From: Magnetococcales bacterium
GTDB lineage: Bacteria > Pseudomonadota > Magnetococcia > Magnetococcales > JADGCL01
NCBI GenBank assembly: GCA_015229005.1
Contig: JADGCL010000005.1
Location: forward strand, 3,324-67,323
DNA length: 64,000 nt
Direction of reading: 5' to 3'
Part shown: positions 62,441 through 64,000 of the stretch, piece after piece
How positions within the stretch are numbered: position 1 is the first letter of the stretch
How the letters are laid out: every line of letters begins with the position of its first letter
The notes under the pieces: generated by a model
Told to the model about the DNA's origin: nothing
What the model saw: only the letters and a program-made list of their open reading frames with translations
The model's database searches: none
Position numbers and translations under genes: made by a program

Positions 62441-64000
62441 ATGTTGCCTCCGCTTCCTGGGGATGTCTCCGCCATGGGAAGTCCTGCCGGGATCTCGACT
62501 GCGGCTGATCCGAATGCTTGCTCCCCTCCCGATGTCGGCGCTGCGCCGCTCCTGATCGCTGTCCTGATCGGTCTCCTCCTGTTGCTCCTGGATCTTCTCC
62601 TTCCCCTGGGGAGTGCCGATGGGGTTCTCCAAGTCGGGGTGGTCCTCGCCGGCTGGTGGATACCGGGTCGCTGGCGGGTTGTGGTTCTGCTGGCGCTGTC
62701 GGCCTCCCTGATGGTGATTCTCGGTTATTTTCTCTCCCCGCCCGGCGAGGTCCCTGCCTGGGTGGTCCTGGTCAATCGTGGTTATGCGCTGTTGTCGATC
62801 TGGAGTGTGGCGGCGACTCTCGGGGTCGCCAAGGTCGCCGTTGCGACCCTGGGTGAAAGATCCCGCGAGCAGTCCCGTCTGGAGCAGGCGCGGATGGCCG
62901 AGGAGCGGCGCTATCGAACCCTGTTCGATACCATGACGAGCGGAGTCGCCGTCTACGAAGCCAGGAACGATGGCGAGGATTTCATCATCAAGGATATCAA
63001 CCGGGCCGGTTCCAGGCTCAGCCACGTCGAAAGGGAAGGGATCGTCGGTCGGCGTGTCACCGAGGTCTTTCCCGGGGTCAGGGAGTTCGGGCTCTTTGCG
63101 GTCTTTCAGGCGGTATACCGCACCGGGGTTCCCGCGCACCATCCCGTCTCCCTGTACAGGGATGAGAAGCTCCGGAGGTGGTATGAGAATTACGTCTATC
63201 GCCTTGATTCTGGCGAGGTGGTCGCCGTCTATGACGACCTGACCGAAAACAGGCGCGCCGAGGATTATCAACGCCTGGCCCGGGCCTCCCTGGAGAATTC
63301 GAACGACCCGGTTTTCTGGGTGTGTTCGGACGGGAGTTTCTTCCGGTTCAACCAGGCCGCCTGTGATTGCCTGGGGTATTCCCGGGAGGAGCTGTCGACC
63401 CTGTCGGTTCAGAAGATCAATCCCGATCATTCGGATGATCTTTGGCTTCGGCATTGGGCCGAACTGAAACAAAGCGGGACCGTGGTCTTTGAAGCGAACG
63501 TTGTCCGCAAGGTGGGCCCCCCGATGATCGCGAACGTTCGGGCGAATTATCTGAAATTCGAAAACCGGGAGTTTTCCCTGGCCATCCTTCGTGATATCTC
63601 CGAGCGCAAGGAGATGGAGGACAGATTGCGCCGGAGCGAGGAGGCGGCGCTTCAGGCGAATCGGGCAAAGGGGCATTTCCTGGCCAACATGAGCCATGAG
63701 CTTCGCACCCCGATGAATGTCATTATCGGCATGGGCCAGCTCGTACTGTCGACCGATCTTTCAGGGGAACAACGTCACCATCTCGAAAGGATACAGGACG
63801 CCTCCCGGTCTCTCCTGCGCATCATCGACGATCTTCTGGATTTTTCCAGGATCGATTCCGGCAGGCTTGAGTTGGAGATGCTTCCTTTCGACCTGTACCG
63901 GGTGATCGATCAAGTCCTGGAAGGGCTGCGGCCCAGGTCACAGGCAAAAACCGGAATTGAAATCCTTGTCGATATTCCTCTGGATATACCTCGAAATCTG
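62441..64000 (+). CDS. Membrane PAS-PAS histidine kinase, truncated by the window end
   Basis: 4 TMs, two PAS domains, [24 protein letters not shown]; frame open to the end of the window. Confidence 0.88.
   Translation, partial: MLPPLPGDVSAMGSPAGISTAADPNACSPPDVGAAPLLIAVLIGLLLLLLDLLLPLGSADGVLQVGVVLAGWWIPGRWRVVVLLALSASLMVILGYFLSPPGEVPAWVVLVNRGYALLSIWSVAATLGVAKVAVATLGERSREQSRLEQARMAEERRYRTLFDTMTSGVAVYEARNDGEDFIIKDINRAGSRLSHVEREGIVGRRVTEVFPGVREFGLFAVFQAVYRTGVPAHHPVSLYRDEKLRRWYENYVYRLDSGEVVAVYDDLTENRRAEDYQRLARASLENSNDPVFWVCSDGSFFRFNQAACDCLGYSREELSTLSVQKINPDHSDDLWLRHWAELKQSGTVVFEANVVRKVGPPMIANVRANYLKFENREFSLAILRDISERKEMEDRLRRSEEAALQANRAKGHFLANMSHELRTPMNVIIGMGQLVLSTDLSGEQRHHLERIQDASRSLLRIIDDLLDFSRIDSGRLELEMLPFDLYRVIDQVLEGLRPRSQAKTGIEILVDIPLDIPRNL

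Noticed and set aside
62580-62660. Frameshift in the TM region of the last kinase
   Set aside because: Re-reading gives a continuous frame (LPLGSADGVLQVGVVL); it is absent from the ORF track only because no stop occurs in the window

Overview
GC-rich bacterial chromosomal window. The gene content (rpsF-priB-rpsR-DUF2232-rplI order, heptad-repeat PD-(D/E)XK protein, many hybrid kinases) suggests a Magnetococcia-like proteobacterium; this is inference only. In order: (1) a glycan-acylation operon (hexapeptide acyltransferase, ACP, acyl-AMP ligase, LuxE, LuxC, two methyltransferases, SDR) followed by a GT-C-like membrane protein and a sigma54-type flagellin; (2) dCMP deaminase, cobQ and a ParDE module with a damaged toxin; (3) a 13-kb operon of four histidine kinases, divergent from an excisionase/BldC-like HTH-receiver gene, with a perfect (TGCAAGATT)x7 array between them; (4) ndk-rlmN and accessory genes; (5) TraT-like and trypsin-like lipoproteins divergent from an ATPase-less TolC/HlyD/HlyD/M50-HlyD export operon; (6) a PseB/CapD remnant, sqdB and a lower-GC GT-C/radical-SAM/GT2 block; (7) thioredoxin, a group 3b [NiFe]-hydrogenase and a two-component pair; (8) the S6-PriB-S18-L9 operon, pgeF, a lytic transglycosylase and a kinase cut off by the window end. 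Four co-oriented copies of a ~150-bp multi-hairpin repeat are present. No rRNA, tRNA, CRISPR array or transposase was seen. All family calls come from reading motifs by eye, not from database searches.
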